Shown one piece after another: positions 51,216 to 61,739 of a stretch of DNA of 64,000 bases (position 1 is the first letter of the stretch; each line of letters starts with the position of its first letter). The stretch is taken from contig JBBDYJ010000020.1 of the NCBI GenBank assembly GCA_040901675.1, forward strand, positions 64,001-128,000. The letters are read 5' to 3'. The notes under the pieces were generated by a model. That model was not told where the DNA came from. It did no database searches and saw only the letters and a program-made list of their open reading frames with translations. A program made the position numbers and the translations under genes. This DNA comes from Pirellulales bacterium (lineage in GTDB: Bacteria; Planctomycetota; Planctomycetia; Pirellulales; JAICIG01).

Positions 51216-53153
51216 TCAGGTGTGGTACTCCGCACTGGTCAGAATAGCGAGCTGCACCTGCTCCCAAGTACTCCCGCCGGCCAGCAGGGCCTGCCAGAAC
51301 GCGCCGCCAGCGGCGTCCGCGTCGCGGTCGAGGAAATTCTGGTACCAGCCGGTAAAGGCGTGCACGTCGGCCGGATCGTTGACGACCAGCCCCAGGAACT
51401 CGGCGCTGGCGGTGAAGCCCAAGGCCACGTCCAAAGGCGTTGCCCCGGCAGCCAGGTGGGCGTTCCAGAAGGCCAGCTCGTCGGCGCTGGCGTCGGGCCG
51501 GCCGAGTAGGTTGTCGTACAGGCTGTGCACAAAGTTGTCGCCGGATGCCTGCACGCGGTCGGCATACTCGGCGGAGGCCAACACCTGGGCGATGAACTGC
51601 GCCTCAGTCATCTCTCCCGACAGCCGGTCGCTCCAGAAATTCAGGCCGCCCTCCTCAACCGCGCGTCCCAGCAGGCTGTCGTAGACGTCGTTGATCAGGC
51701 TCCGCAGGTACTCGGGCGAACCCAGGAACTGGTCGATCACCTCCGCCCGAGTCTTACCCGACTGCACCTGGGTCAGCCAGTCGCCCACCTCCGGGCCCCC
51801 GCCCCGCCGCCCCAGCAAGTCGGTGTAAGCGCGGGTAATCCAGCGCGAGTCCTGGTTCGGATCCGGCAGCAGAAAGTTATCGGCCACGAACTCGCCCAGC
51901 GCCGTGCCCGAAGACAGTCCGTCGAAGTTGTCGAAGCTCCAGTGGATGCCCCCGTACAGCCGGCTCAGCGCGCTCTCCAGCGCAGCCTCGGAAAAGCTGT
52001 TGAACGTGCGGTCCCCGACGGCGGGGTCTTCCGAGGGCAGGGTTAAAGTGATGTCGTCCGTGCCGAAAAAGGCCGCCAGCACGCCGGCCGCCGCCCCGCT
52101 GAACGAGCTGTGCCCAGACGTGTACGTGGGGAAGGGTGGCGTGACGATGAACGACGACCAGGTCGGGTCGGCCACGGTGTCCGGATTGCCGTCCGTCTCG
52201 GCGTTGCGGATCCCCGTCACCGGGCGCCAAAAGTTCGTGGCATACTTGGCGTCCCACGAGGCAATGGCGGCGTCGGCCTGAGCGAGGTTCAAAAGTGCAA
52301 ACAGGCGGGCATTCTCCGACAGCGTGTTGCCGTGGATCATGGCGGCCTGCTGCGCCATCACGTTGAGATGGCCCGGCGGCGTCGAGGTGCCTACTCCGTT
52401 GGCCCAGAAGAGGGCGATGTCCGACTGATCCTGGGTGCGCGTCGCGCTGTCGACGCTGCCAAGCTCCTTTACTTCATTGAAGGCGTCGGTGTATTCCTGG
52501 CTCGTCAACTGCGGAATCCCATCCGGCCGGAACTGATCGGGCCTGTTCATGGACCAGGTGTCGACCCCTGGCCATTGGGGCAGCAGTGCAGGTGCGAATC
52601 CGGGCGGCGTAGGCACCCAGTCGCCGGGATCACTGCCGGGCGTGGACGCAACCACGTCGGTCGAGCCGTCCGTGCTGCGGATGGCCAGGATCTGGTCGGC
52701 GACGAACTGGCCCAGCGCCACGCCCGCATCCTCGGACGCTCCGTCCGGGACGGTGGCAAGCGAGTTCGTGAGTTCCGCGTCGAACGTCGCCTGTTGGGCT
52801 GGGAAGAAGGCCGACAACGTGCGGTGTGCCGCCGCGGCCGCGGCCGCTTCGCGCGAGGTCGAGGGATCGGCCTGGGCGTCGACCAGGTAAATGCTGTGCG
52901 TACGGTCGATGGCGTTGACGGCGTCGTAAATGGCCGCATGGACGCAGGCCATGATGCGCGCCGAACGCGGCGGCGCGGTGCGGTCGACGCGAACCGCATC
53001 CAACAGGATGTTGTTCCAGTCGAGCACCATGTCGCCGGCCAGCAGCACGCGTTGTTCGAGCGATTCCAAGCCAGGCCGCCGCGCGCGGCGGGGCGTTTGC
53101 TTCTTGGAACGGCTCGGTGCGGACGAGGGTGCGGTGAATCGGAACCATGTCAT
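51216..53153 (-). CDS. Vanadium haloperoxidase/PAP2-family protein with C-terminal DUF4214-like repeats
   Basis: LESLEQRVLLA N-terminal motif; KYATNFWRP, PPFPTYTSGHS and SRLYGGIHW; repeats of Y..LLGR...G..FW...S.E. Confidence 0.88.
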   Translation of the reverse strand: MTWFRFTAPSSAPSRSKKQTPRRARRPGLESLEQRVLLAGDMVLDWNNILLDAVRVDRTAPPRSARIMACVHAAIYDAVNAIDRTHSIYLVDAQADPSTSREAAAAAAAHRTLSAFFPAQQATFDAELTNSLATVPDGASEDAGVALGQFVADQILAIRSTDGSTDVVASTPGSDPGDWVPTPPGFAPALLPQWPGVDTWSMNRPDQFRPDGIPQLTSQEYTDAFNEVKELGSVDSATRTQDQSDIALFWANGVGTSTPPGHLNVMAQQAAMIHGNTLSENARLFALLNLAQADAAIASWDAKYATNFWRPVTGIRNAETDGNPDTVADPTWSSFIVTPPFPTYTSGHSSFSGAAAGVLAAFFGTDDITLTLPSEDPAVGDRTFNSFSEAALESALSRLYGGIHWSFDNFDGLSSGTALGEFVADNFLLPDPNQDSRWITRAYTDLLGRRGGGPEVGDWLTQVQSGKTRAEVIDQFLGSPEYLRSLINDVYDSLLGRAVEEGGLNFWSDRLSGEMTEAQFIAQVLASAEYADRVQASGDNFVHSLYDNLLGRPDASADELAFWNAHLAAGATPLDVALGFTASAEFLGLVVNDPADVHAFTGWYQNFLDRDADAAGGAFWQALLAGGSTWEQVQLAILTSAEYHT

Positions 53154-53852
53154 GATGTAAAACTCCCGGATGTAAGTGTTTGGGCAGTCGTGGCAGCCGC
53201 AAAGGGGATGGCTTGCATCAAGCAGTGCGCAGCGCACCGACCCTCCAGGGCGTTCCCCGATGGGCGCTACCGGTGGAAAACTGCCGGCACAGGGCAATCC
53301 AACCGTCGGGTGGCGTCACGTTGTCGCCGAGCGATACTTCAGGCAGCAGGTCGCCAGCGGATGTAACAAGCGCCGCCGGGCGCAGCCGGAACAAGTCGAC
53401 AAGCGCACATGCGCCCCGCGTCGGGGTCGCGCACTACTATGCCTGCCGCGGAGGGCGAAAGATGCCCGAGGAAGTGAACAGCGGAATCACCTCAAATCTT
53501 AGAATCACCAACCGAATTTCCCGAACGAACAATCGTCAATAACCGCAATTACAGAATAATGGCGCGAGTTTAATCCCGCCCTCCAGCGAATGCAAGAAAA
53601 ATGCGCGAAAACCCGTGGCACGGCAGATGGGACGCGAGCCCGGAACGGCTGCGATTGGGCCGATTTAACCCGGGATCTGGGTCTTCCACAGCCGCGACTA
53701 CCAGCAGGCGTCGGGCATGTAGGCTCGGCCGGCCGGGGTTGAAATGGCCGCCGGGAGCAATCAGACTTGGTCCAGCCGGTCGATTGCACCTGAAGGGCTT
53801 TGCACGAGGCAGAGCAGCCGCACCAAGCGCCGCAATGCGGCAGCGACTGCCG

Positions 53853-54872
53853 ATGAACCTTCCAGCTCGCCTGTTTGCCCTGGCCGCCGAGACGGCAGTC
53901 TACGGCCCGTCGTACGGGCTTTTGAGTTACCTGATCCGTTCGCCCGCGCCCTTGGATCCGGAGCGGACCTGGGGACAGGTGACGCAAGCCAGAAACGCCC
54001 TGGTGGACTGGGCACGCCGCAGCTATCCTCCCTGGTTTTTGCGGCGGTTGCTGCTGGCCGCCAAGATGCGGCAAGACCACGCGTTGGGGATATCGTCGCA
54101 CTACGACGTGAGCAACGAGTTCTACGAGTTGTTTCTCGACAAGCGCTACATGTTCTATTCGTGCGCCGATTTTATTACGGGCCGCGAGACCCTGGAGGAA
54201 GCGCAGCAGAACAAGGCCGACTTCATTCTGAAGCTGATCGATCCCAAGCCCGGCCAGGAGATTCTGGAGCTGGGGTGCGGCTGGGGCGCGATGCTCAAGC
54301 GGATCCACGAGGCCACCGGCGACAAGCAGCGTCTGCACGGCTGCACGCTGTCGCGGGAGCAGGTCGCCTACAACCACGAGCGGTACTGCTTCGACGTCGA
54401 GTACAAGAACTTCATCACCGCCGTCTATCCCGAGCAGGCCTACGACAAGATCTACTCGATCGGTGCCTGGGAGCACGTGCGGCCCAGTGAAGTGCCGGTG
54501 CTGTTGGGCAAGCTGCACGCGGCCTTGAAGCCCGGCGGCCGGCTGGTGCAGCATTTTTTTTGCCGGTTGCAGGAGCGGCTGCCGGCGGCGGCGGTGGTGA
54601 GCCAGATATTCTTTCCCGGCTCGATCAACTCGTCGTTGCGTTACCATTTGCGGGCCTGCGAGCGGGCCGGCTTTCGGATCGCGCACTCGTCGATTCACGA
54701 TTACCGGCCCACGCTGCGTTGCTGGTTCGAGAACCTGGCCCGCCAGCGCGAGCGGGCCATCGAGCTGGTGGGCGTGCCGACGTACAACCGCTACCTGGTG
54801 TTCTTTCCCGCCTCCTGGCAGTACTTCGACGACATGACCGGCGTCGTCGTGCGGCTGGTGCTGGAGAAGTGA
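53853..54872 (+). CDS. Cyclopropane-fatty-acyl-phospholipid synthase family methyltransferase
   Basis: HYDVSNEFY, YSCA, LEEAQQNK, LELGCGWG, TLSREQ, SIGAWEH and IFFPG. Confidence 0.9.
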   Translation: MNLPARLFALAAETAVYGPSYGLLSYLIRSPAPLDPERTWGQVTQARNALVDWARRSYPPWFLRRLLLAAKMRQDHALGISSHYDVSNEFYELFLDKRYMFYSCADFITGRETLEEAQQNKADFILKLIDPKPGQEILELGCGWGAMLKRIHEATGDKQRLHGCTLSREQVAYNHERYCFDVEYKNFITAVYPEQAYDKIYSIGAWEHVRPSEVPVLLGKLHAALKPGGRLVQHFFCRLQERLPAAAVVSQIFFPGSINSSLRYHLRACERAGFRIAHSSIHDYRPTLRCWFENLARQRERAIELVGVPTYNRYLVFFPASWQYFDDMTGVVVRLVLEK

Positions 54873-54940
54873 AGGCAGAAGGCAGAAGGCAGAAGGAGGA
54901 AGGCAGAAGGAGGAAGGTGGAAGGAGGAAGGTGGAAGGCG
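54871..54940. repeat. Heptamer array (GAAGGNN)x10 beginning in the stop codon
   Basis: GAAGGCA, GAAGGAG, GAAGGTG and GAAGGCG units running into a GCGGAATGAAATTCCGTTCCGC palindrome. Confidence 0.92.
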
Positions 54941-55341
54941 GAATGAAATTCCGTTCCGCGGTCGCCTGTTTTTTGGGCAAGAATTGCCTCGCGAAGCGGC
55001 CGAGAAACGGGCTTTCGGCGGGTTTTCCGCGACCGGAAGGCCAAAAGTGTCAAGCGGGATGGCCTTTGTGCTCGATAAGGCCAGATGGTGAGCTTGCATG
55101 GCACGAGAGTTGCCACTGGTCGGGCGGAACAGTCAGCTCGGGCGGGAAAGACGCGTGGTTGACTGGAAGACTACTGGGATTGACCAGAACTCTCGAATCG
55201 GATAACGACTTGGCGTTTCGTTGCGGCGCGCTCAGGGACTGAGCGCCCGCGGGTGATTCGACCTACCGCATTTGAAGCCGACATCCAGAGCTGGTCGCCG
55301 CCCCGCCGCGTCGTCAAACCGACCGGGCATGGAGGCTACCG

Positions 55342-56835
55342 ATGTCGAGCCAAGCGTCGTTCTGCCAAGCCGCCGCGGCGCGGCGTAAACTCTCCGTCAG
55401 CCAGGCGGCCTGGTTAGCCACCGGACTCGCCAGCTTCTTGGCGGCGGCCGGGGCCTGCTGGGACCATGGCCGGTCCGAGCCGTCGCTCTATCGCTCCGCC
55501 GCCGGAATGCTGCTGTTGGCCATGGCCGGCTGGCAATGGGGGCTCGCCCGCAAGGCTGGCGGGGCAAGCAGCCGCCACGGCGCCGCACGGACGCTGGCAG
55601 TCCAGAACAAGAATGCAGGCTGGAAGCCTACGCTACAGGGAGTGATGTGCGCGCTGGCCGTCTCGTATGGAATCTGTCTGGGGGTCGGAAACCAGCCGGG
55701 CGTACAGTGGATGTTCCTGGCCTGCCTGTCGTTCTGTTTCACGGCGGTGCTGGTCCTTTCGTCGCGAGGCCGGGCCCGCGGACCCAACGCCCGACGGGGC
55801 TCGGGGCGGCCCATCGAGCTGGTCGGAAACGGCGCTTGTTGGCTGGCAGCCGGCCTCATTCTTTGCGAGGCGGGGCTGCGATTGGCGGAGTCGCTGAGCG
55901 GGCAGCGTTGGGCGGCGGGCCAGGAAACTGGCTGGAGGGTCCAGGGAGGCGACCAGAGCAAGCGCAGAGCGACTGGCAATCATCGGGCCGGGCAATTCCG
56001 TGTGGCCGTGCTGGGAGACGCCCGGACGTTGACGAACAACGAGGGAACGAGTTGCCTGGGGCGGCTCGAGGAGGGGTTTCCGGGCGTCGAGGTGTGCGCG
56101 TTCGCAAGCGGCAATCCGGGTGAACATGCCGCGGTCGTGGCCGAACAGGTGGAGCGTTTTCAACCCGACGTCGTACTCACGTGCTTGTGGCTGGGCGACG
56201 ACGTGCTGGAAAGGCTTTCGAAGACGGGGCCATTCGACTGGCGCGGTTTGCGCGTGGCCCGGCTGGCGGCGGCCTGGCTCGGCAGCGGCCCAGCGGCGAG
56301 CGATCAAGACATGATCCGGGCGGACGACTACGAGGCGTTTCTGCGGTCGATCTCGGGACAGTTGACCGTTTGCCGCACGCCGATCGCGGGCGACGACGAG
56401 CGGCGCTGGCGGCAAGCACTGGGAAACCTGTCGGAGCTGGTCGATCAGTGCCGCCGGCGCGAGCTGCCGGTGGCGCTGGTGCTGGTGCCCAGCCAACTCC
56501 AGGTGAACCCATTGATCTGCGAGGCGCTGCGCCGACGGGCCGGGTACGAGTCGTCGCAGCTCGACCTGGAATTGCCGCAGCGGCGGCTGTCACGCTTTGC
56601 CGACGAGCACCAGGTGCCGATGCTCGATCTGTTGCCCCATTTCCGGGCTTCGCGTGAAGAGGTCTTCCGCCGTAACCAAGGCGCGCTCAGCCAGCGGGGA
56701 CACGACCTGGCCGGCGAGCTGATCGGCGGCTGGCTGCGGCAGCGCTATGCCGCGGGAGCAGGAACGCGGCAACGGGCCAGCGGGGAAAGGGCGGAGACCA
56801 AAACGGCCACCGCCGTTGTGATGGCAGAGGGCTGA
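55342..56835 (+). CDS. Membrane protein with degenerate SGNH/AlgX-like domain
   Basis: About 5 TM segments, then RVAVLGDA, QPDVV....LGDD, LVLVPSQLQV, MLDLLPHF and LSQRGHDLAG. Confidence 0.65.
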   Translation: MSSQASFCQAAAARRKLSVSQAAWLATGLASFLAAAGACWDHGRSEPSLYRSAAGMLLLAMAGWQWGLARKAGGASSRHGAARTLAVQNKNAGWKPTLQGVMCALAVSYGICLGVGNQPGVQWMFLACLSFCFTAVLVLSSRGRARGPNARRGSGRPIELVGNGACWLAAGLILCEAGLRLAESLSGQRWAAGQETGWRVQGGDQSKRRATGNHRAGQFRVAVLGDARTLTNNEGTSCLGRLEEGFPGVEVCAFASGNPGEHAAVVAEQVERFQPDVVLTCLWLGDDVLERLSKTGPFDWRGLRVARLAAAWLGSGPAASDQDMIRADDYEAFLRSISGQLTVCRTPIAGDDERRWRQALGNLSELVDQCRRRELPVALVLVPSQLQVNPLICEALRRRAGYESSQLDLELPQRRLSRFADEHQVPMLDLLPHFRASREEVFRRNQGALSQRGHDLAGELIGGWLRQRYAAGAGTRQRASGERAETKTATAVVMAEG

Positions 56836-56876
56836 TGGCGGAGGGCTGATGGCTGGTGACTCCCCGGTCAGCCCTC

Positions 56877-58190
56877 TCAATCGGGCAGCACCGAGGGGTT
56901 GGTCCTGATCGGACGGACGCGGACGTCGTCGAACCAGGCCTGGCCGGTCGCGCCGAACAAACCGATCCCCAACACGGCCAGGCGGGCCTCGCGCGGCACA
57001 TTGAAACGGGCCTGCTCGTGTGTCCATTCCAGGTCGCCGGACCAAGGGCCTAGCTCGTGCAGCCCGACCGCAGCGCGGTTCTCGTCGTAAAAGTGGACGA
57101 TCACGCGGGCCAACTGGTCGGGCGTCTGGCCCGCCTCGACGCCCTCGACCCGCACCCAAAGTGAAACTTCCAACCGCGGCACGCGCCGGCCATCGATGCC
57201 AAAGGCTTGCAAGGCCCGGGCGGCCCGGCCGGGCAGGCGGTTTTCCATGGTCAGACAGTGCTCGCCTTGAGGCGCGTCGGGCTCGGGGCGGACGGCCGCT
57301 TGCCGCACGTAATACCAGCCGGGCGGTTGGTCGCTGCGCGGCAGAGTTTGCTCGAAGCCGCCGTTGACCAGCGCGGGCCTGAGCGGGTCGGGCTTGACCA
57401 GCCGCTCCCGCTCGGCCGCTCCCGTCATCGGCACGAACATCGTCGGCTCCAGCGCCTCGGCTTCCAGCTTGCCGCCCCGCTTGGTGTACCGGTACAGCGT
57501 CTGCTGGTAGCGCTCGCCGACCGGGATCACCAGGCGGCCCTGCTCGCTGAGCTGCTCGACCAGCGGCTGCGGCACTTTCTCGGGCGAACAGGTGACGATG
57601 ATCTTGTCGAACGGCGCCTGCTCGGCCCAACCGAGAAAGCCGTCGCCCACGCGGACGTGGACATTCTTGTATCCCAGCCGGCCCAGCGTCGCTTCCGCCC
57701 GGCGCGCCAGCGGCTCGACAATCTCGATCGTGTAGACTTCGGCAACCAGGCCGGAGAGGACGGCGGCCTGGTACCCGCTGCCGGTGCCGATCTCGAGCAC
57801 GCGGTCGCCGGGGCGCGGCTCGAGCTGCTCGGTCATGTAGGCCACGACGAACGGCGGCGAGATGGTTTGACCTTCGCCGATCGGCAGCGCCATGTCGTAA
57901 TAGGCATTGGCCTGCTGGTCGGCCGGGACGAAGAGGTGCCTGGGCGTGGCGAGCATGGCCGCCAGCACCCGCGGATCCTTGATGCCGGCGGCCGCGACGT
58001 CGTCGTCGACCATCTGCCGGCGGGCCGCCGCCCAGGACTCGCCGGACTGCGCGCCGGCGGTCGCCGGCAGCCAGCCGGCGCAGGCCGCCATCGCCAGCAG
58101 CACGGCCGCCGCGCCGCGCGCCAGGCGGCCGGCGGCGCGTGCGCGGTCACGCCCTGTTTCGGATGTCAGTGGCTCGGCTCGGCTGGTCAC
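56877..58190 (-). CDS. pcm: Protein-L-isoaspartate O-methyltransferase with signal-like N-terminus and C-terminal carbohydrate-binding-like domain
   Basis: PRHLFVP, AYYDMALPIGEGQTIS, VLEIGTGSGYQAA, GDG, APFDKI, LVIPVG and FVPM, then an LVNGGFE domain. Confidence 0.9.
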   Translation of the reverse strand: MTSRAEPLTSETGRDRARAAGRLARGAAAVLLAMAACAGWLPATAGAQSGESWAAARRQMVDDDVAAAGIKDPRVLAAMLATPRHLFVPADQQANAYYDMALPIGEGQTISPPFVVAYMTEQLEPRPGDRVLEIGTGSGYQAAVLSGLVAEVYTIEIVEPLARRAEATLGRLGYKNVHVRVGDGFLGWAEQAPFDKIIVTCSPEKVPQPLVEQLSEQGRLVIPVGERYQQTLYRYTKRGGKLEAEALEPTMFVPMTGAAERERLVKPDPLRPALVNGGFEQTLPRSDQPPGWYYVRQAAVRPEPDAPQGEHCLTMENRLPGRAARALQAFGIDGRRVPRLEVSLWVRVEGVEAGQTPDQLARVIVHFYDENRAAVGLHELGPWSGDLEWTHEQARFNVPREARLAVLGIGLFGATGQAWFDDVRVRPIRTNPSVLPD

Positions 58191-58193
58191 GCT

Positions 58194-59831
58194 TCAGGCC
58201 ATCTCCATCTGGTCCATGAATCCGCTCAGGCCGCGGGCGCGGATGGGGTGCTGCAGCTTGCGAACGGCCTTGGCCTCGATCTGCCGCACCCGCTCGCGGG
58301 TGACGGAGAAGATCTTGCCCACCTCTTCCAACGTATAAGAGTAGCCGTCGGCCAGGCCGTAACGCAAACGGAGGATCTCGCGCTCGCGGTAGTTGAGCCC
58401 GTCGAGCACGTCGGCAATCCGCTTTTTCAAGAGCTCCTGGGTCATGTCGTGCAGCGGATCCTCTTCGCGGTGGTCTTCGACGAACTCGCCGAAGAAGCTA
58501 TCGTCATGGTCGCCCACCGGCTGATCGAGCGAAAGGGGCTGGCGGGTCATCTTCAGCACGCAGCGGGTTTCCTCCAGCGACAGCCCGGCGGCGGCGGCCG
58601 TCTCTTCGACGCTCGGCTCGCGGCCGGTCCGCTGCAGCAAGTCGCGGGTGACGGCCCGCACCCGGCCCATGGTTTCGATCATGTGGACCGGCAGCCGGAT
58701 GGTGCGGCTCTGGTCGGCAATGGCCCGCGTGATGGCCTGCCGGATCCACCAGGTGGCATAGGTCGAGAACTTGTAGCCGCGGGCGTGCTCGAACTTGTCG
58801 ACGGCCCGCATCAGTCCCGTGTTGCCCTCCTGGATCAGGTCCAGAAAGCTGAGGCCGCGGTTGCGATAGCGCTTGGCGATCGAGACGACCAGCCGCAGGT
58901 TGCCGCCGGACAGCACGCGTTTGGCGGCGTCGTAGTGTTTTTGGTAGTCGGCGGTGCGCTGGACGCGTGCGCGCAGGGTGGACGGGCTCTCCAGCGTGAT
59001 CCGCATCAGGTAGCGGAGCTCCTGCCGCAGCTCGGCCAGGCGCCCTGCGGCCGAACGGTCGCGGCGCAGCTCGGCCATCTGGGCGGTGAGGTTGTCCATC
59101 CGCTGCGAGATCTCGCGGAGCTTTTCCATCAGCGGCTGCAGGCGCTGCGTGCGCAGGTTGAGCTCCTCGACCAGCCGGACCGCCTTGTGCCGCCGCAGCA
59201 CCAGCCGCCGCCAGGCCGCTCGCCGGTCGCGCATCCGCTGGCTCTTGCTGATGGCGACTTTGAAGTCCTTGTGGTCCTGCCGCAACAGGTGGTCGAGCGT
59301 CTTGAGGTTCGGTCCCATCAGGGCCATGATCTGTTTCTTCTCGACGGCGTCGGTGACCGAGACGTCGACGGTGCGGTCGAGGCGCAGCTCGCCGTCGCGG
59401 ACTTTTTTCAGGAGCGTGACCGCGCCTTGCAGGATAAAATCGCTTCCCAACAGGCTCAGGCGGTACTTGCGGCGCGTGCGCTCGATCTGGGTGGCCGCCG
59501 CGATCTCTTCATCGCGGGTCAACAAGGGGATCTCGCCCATTTGCATCAGGTAGATCCGCACCGGGTCTTCGATCCGGTCGTCGGCGCCGGTCGCCTCCGG
59601 CTCTTGTTCGTGCTGGAGTGGATCCAGCTCGTCGGCCTCGATCTCCAACTCGGCTTCGGGAAGCTCGGCCGGCGGCTCGACCTCGCCGGCCGGTTCGTCT
59701 TCGAACAAGAACTTGGGCACGTTCGGCTTGCCGTTGGTGGGCCGGCCTCGCCGCGTGTGCGGCGCCGCGGGCGTGGGACGGTGCGAGGCATGCTTGCGGC
59801 TGGCGGCTGCTCTCTTAGGGTGTTTCGCCAA
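58194..59831 (-). CDS. RpoD-like sigma-70 factor (no clear region 1.1)
   Basis: [46 protein letters not shown] and TLEEVG....[10 protein letters not shown]. Confidence 0.95.
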   Translation of the reverse strand: MAKHPKRAAASRKHASHRPTPAAPHTRRGRPTNGKPNVPKFLFEDEPAGEVEPPAELPEAELEIEADELDPLQHEQEPEATGADDRIEDPVRIYLMQMGEIPLLTRDEEIAAATQIERTRRKYRLSLLGSDFILQGAVTLLKKVRDGELRLDRTVDVSVTDAVEKKQIMALMGPNLKTLDHLLRQDHKDFKVAISKSQRMRDRRAAWRRLVLRRHKAVRLVEELNLRTQRLQPLMEKLREISQRMDNLTAQMAELRRDRSAAGRLAELRQELRYLMRITLESPSTLRARVQRTADYQKHYDAAKRVLSGGNLRLVVSIAKRYRNRGLSFLDLIQEGNTGLMRAVDKFEHARGYKFSTYATWWIRQAITRAIADQSRTIRLPVHMIETMGRVRAVTRDLLQRTGREPSVEETAAAAGLSLEETRCVLKMTRQPLSLDQPVGDHDDSFFGEFVEDHREEDPLHDMTQELLKKRIADVLDGLNYREREILRLRYGLADGYSYTLEEVGKIFSVTRERVRQIEAKAVRKLQHPIRARGLSGFMDQMEMA

Positions 59832-60085
59832 TGCTGGGTTCCTGGGGGTGATGCCGTGGTGGTTCGTGATTTGGCTTCTGAGGGCGTGCGTGCGTAAAAA
59901 GCACTTCGAGTGCCAGCGAAAAGAAGCGGGCCGCCGCCGCCGCTCTTAAGGCGTTTCGCAAGCTTCAGTTAGCGGCCGATCGGCAAGATCCTGGCAGCCG
60001 TGCGGGCGGCAGAGCGGCGTGGCATCCAGGCAACATGGGCAGGCTTACGTGTTGAATCCATGCAACAGCCTGCCCCTAGTTGCTA

Positions 60086-61728
60086 TGATGCCCGGCATGC
60101 GCCCCACTCCGGATCAAGCTGAATCGCTCCAGGAGCTCAGCCGCCGGTACGCCGAGTGGGAGCGGCAGATCGCCTTGGGAGGCGGGGCGGCGGCCATCGA
60201 GCGGCAGCACGCCAAGGGCCGGCTGACGGCCCGCGAACGGATCGACCGTCTGATCGACGAGGGAAGCGGACTGTTCGAGCTGGGCCTGTGGGCCGGCTGG
60301 CAGATGTACGACGATGTGGGCGGCGCGCCGGCCGCCGGCGTGGTCTGCACCGTGGGCACGGTCGCCGGCCGCCGCCAGATGATCATTGCCAACGACGCCA
60401 CGGTCAAGGCGGGGGCGTTCTTTCCGGCCACGACCAAGAAGGTCCTGCGGGCGCAGCGGATCGCCTTTCAGAACCGCCTGCCCCTGGTGTACCTGGTCGA
60501 CTCGGCGGGCGCCTTTCTGCCCCTGCAGGAGGAGATCTTCCCGGACGAGGACGATTTCGGCCGCATCTTTCGCAACAATGCGGTCATCTCGGCCGCCGGC
60601 CTGGGACAAATGGCCGCCGTGATGGGCAACTGCGTGGCCGGCGGCGGCTACCTGCCCGTGCTCTGCGACAAGTTGCTGATGACCGAAGGGTCGGGCTTGT
60701 ACCTGGCCGGCCCGGCCCTGGTCCGCAGCGCGATCGGACAGGACGTGTCCAGCGAAGAGCTGGGCGGGGCCTTGATGCACGCCCAGATCAGCGGGACGGT
60801 CGACTACCGCGAGCCCAACGACGAGGCCTGCCTTCTGCGCCTGCGGCGGCTGATCGACATGACGCCGCCGGAGCCGCAGCACCCCCCTGCCCCGTTCAAC
60901 CGGGTGACGGCAGTCGGGCCGGCGCGCCCCGGCGACGAGCTGTACCGGATCGTCGGCACCAGCCCGCGGCAGGAGTACGAGATCCGCCAGGTGCTGGAAT
61001 GCCTGGTCGATCGCGGCAGCTTCGACGAGTACAAGGGCGAGTACGGCCAGTCGATCGTCTGCGGCACGGCCCGCATCGGCGGCTTTGCCGTGGGTATCGT
61101 GGCGAACCAGCATCACCAGGTGCGTCCGGCCGATGGGCCGATCCAGTTCGGCGGCGTGCTGTACGTCGACAGCGCGGAGAAGGCGGCCCGCTTCGTGATG
61201 GCGTCGAACCAGGAATGGCTGCCGCTGATCTTCTTGCAGGATGTGAACGGGTTCATGGTGGGCCGCGACAGCGAACGAGCGGGCATCATCAAGGCGGGGG
61301 CCAAGCTGGTCAACGCCATCAGCAACAGCCGCGTGCCGAAGCTGACGGTGATCGTGGGGGGCTCGTACGGGGCGGGTAACTACGCGCTGTGCGGCAAGGC
61401 GTTCGACCCGCGTTTCCTCTTCGCCTGGCCCACGGCGCGGACGGCCGTGATGGGGGGCGAACAGGCCACCTCGACCTTGCTCGAGGTATCGATCAAGAGC
61501 CTCGAGCGGCAGGGGCAGCACGTCGACGCCGCCGAGCTGGAGGCGCTGCGCGAGCGGGTGACGTCCGACTACAATCGCCAGATGGATCCGCGTTACGCCG
61601 CGGCGCGGGGCTGGGTCGACCGGATCATCGATCCAGGCTGGACCCGGGAGGAGCTGATCTACGCCCTGGAGCTTGCCACGCGGCACCCCGGCAGCGAGGC
61701 GTTCAAGCTGGGCGTGTTCCAGGTGTAA
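60086..61728 (+). CDS. Acyl-CoA carboxylase carboxyltransferase subunit (methylcrotonyl/geranyl-CoA carboxylase beta-like)
   Basis: GRLTARERI, ANDATVKAG, YLVDSAGA, GNCVAGGGY, LAGPALV and GGSYGAGNY. Confidence 0.93.
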
Positions 61729-61739
61729 AGGTCGTTGCC

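Noticed and set aside
53284..53660. c-di-GMP-I riboswitch-like words (GCACAGGGCAATCC; GGGACGCGAGCC)
   Set aside because: The pieces are far apart and lack the GAAA tetraloop/receptor arrangement. An Rfam scan would be needed.
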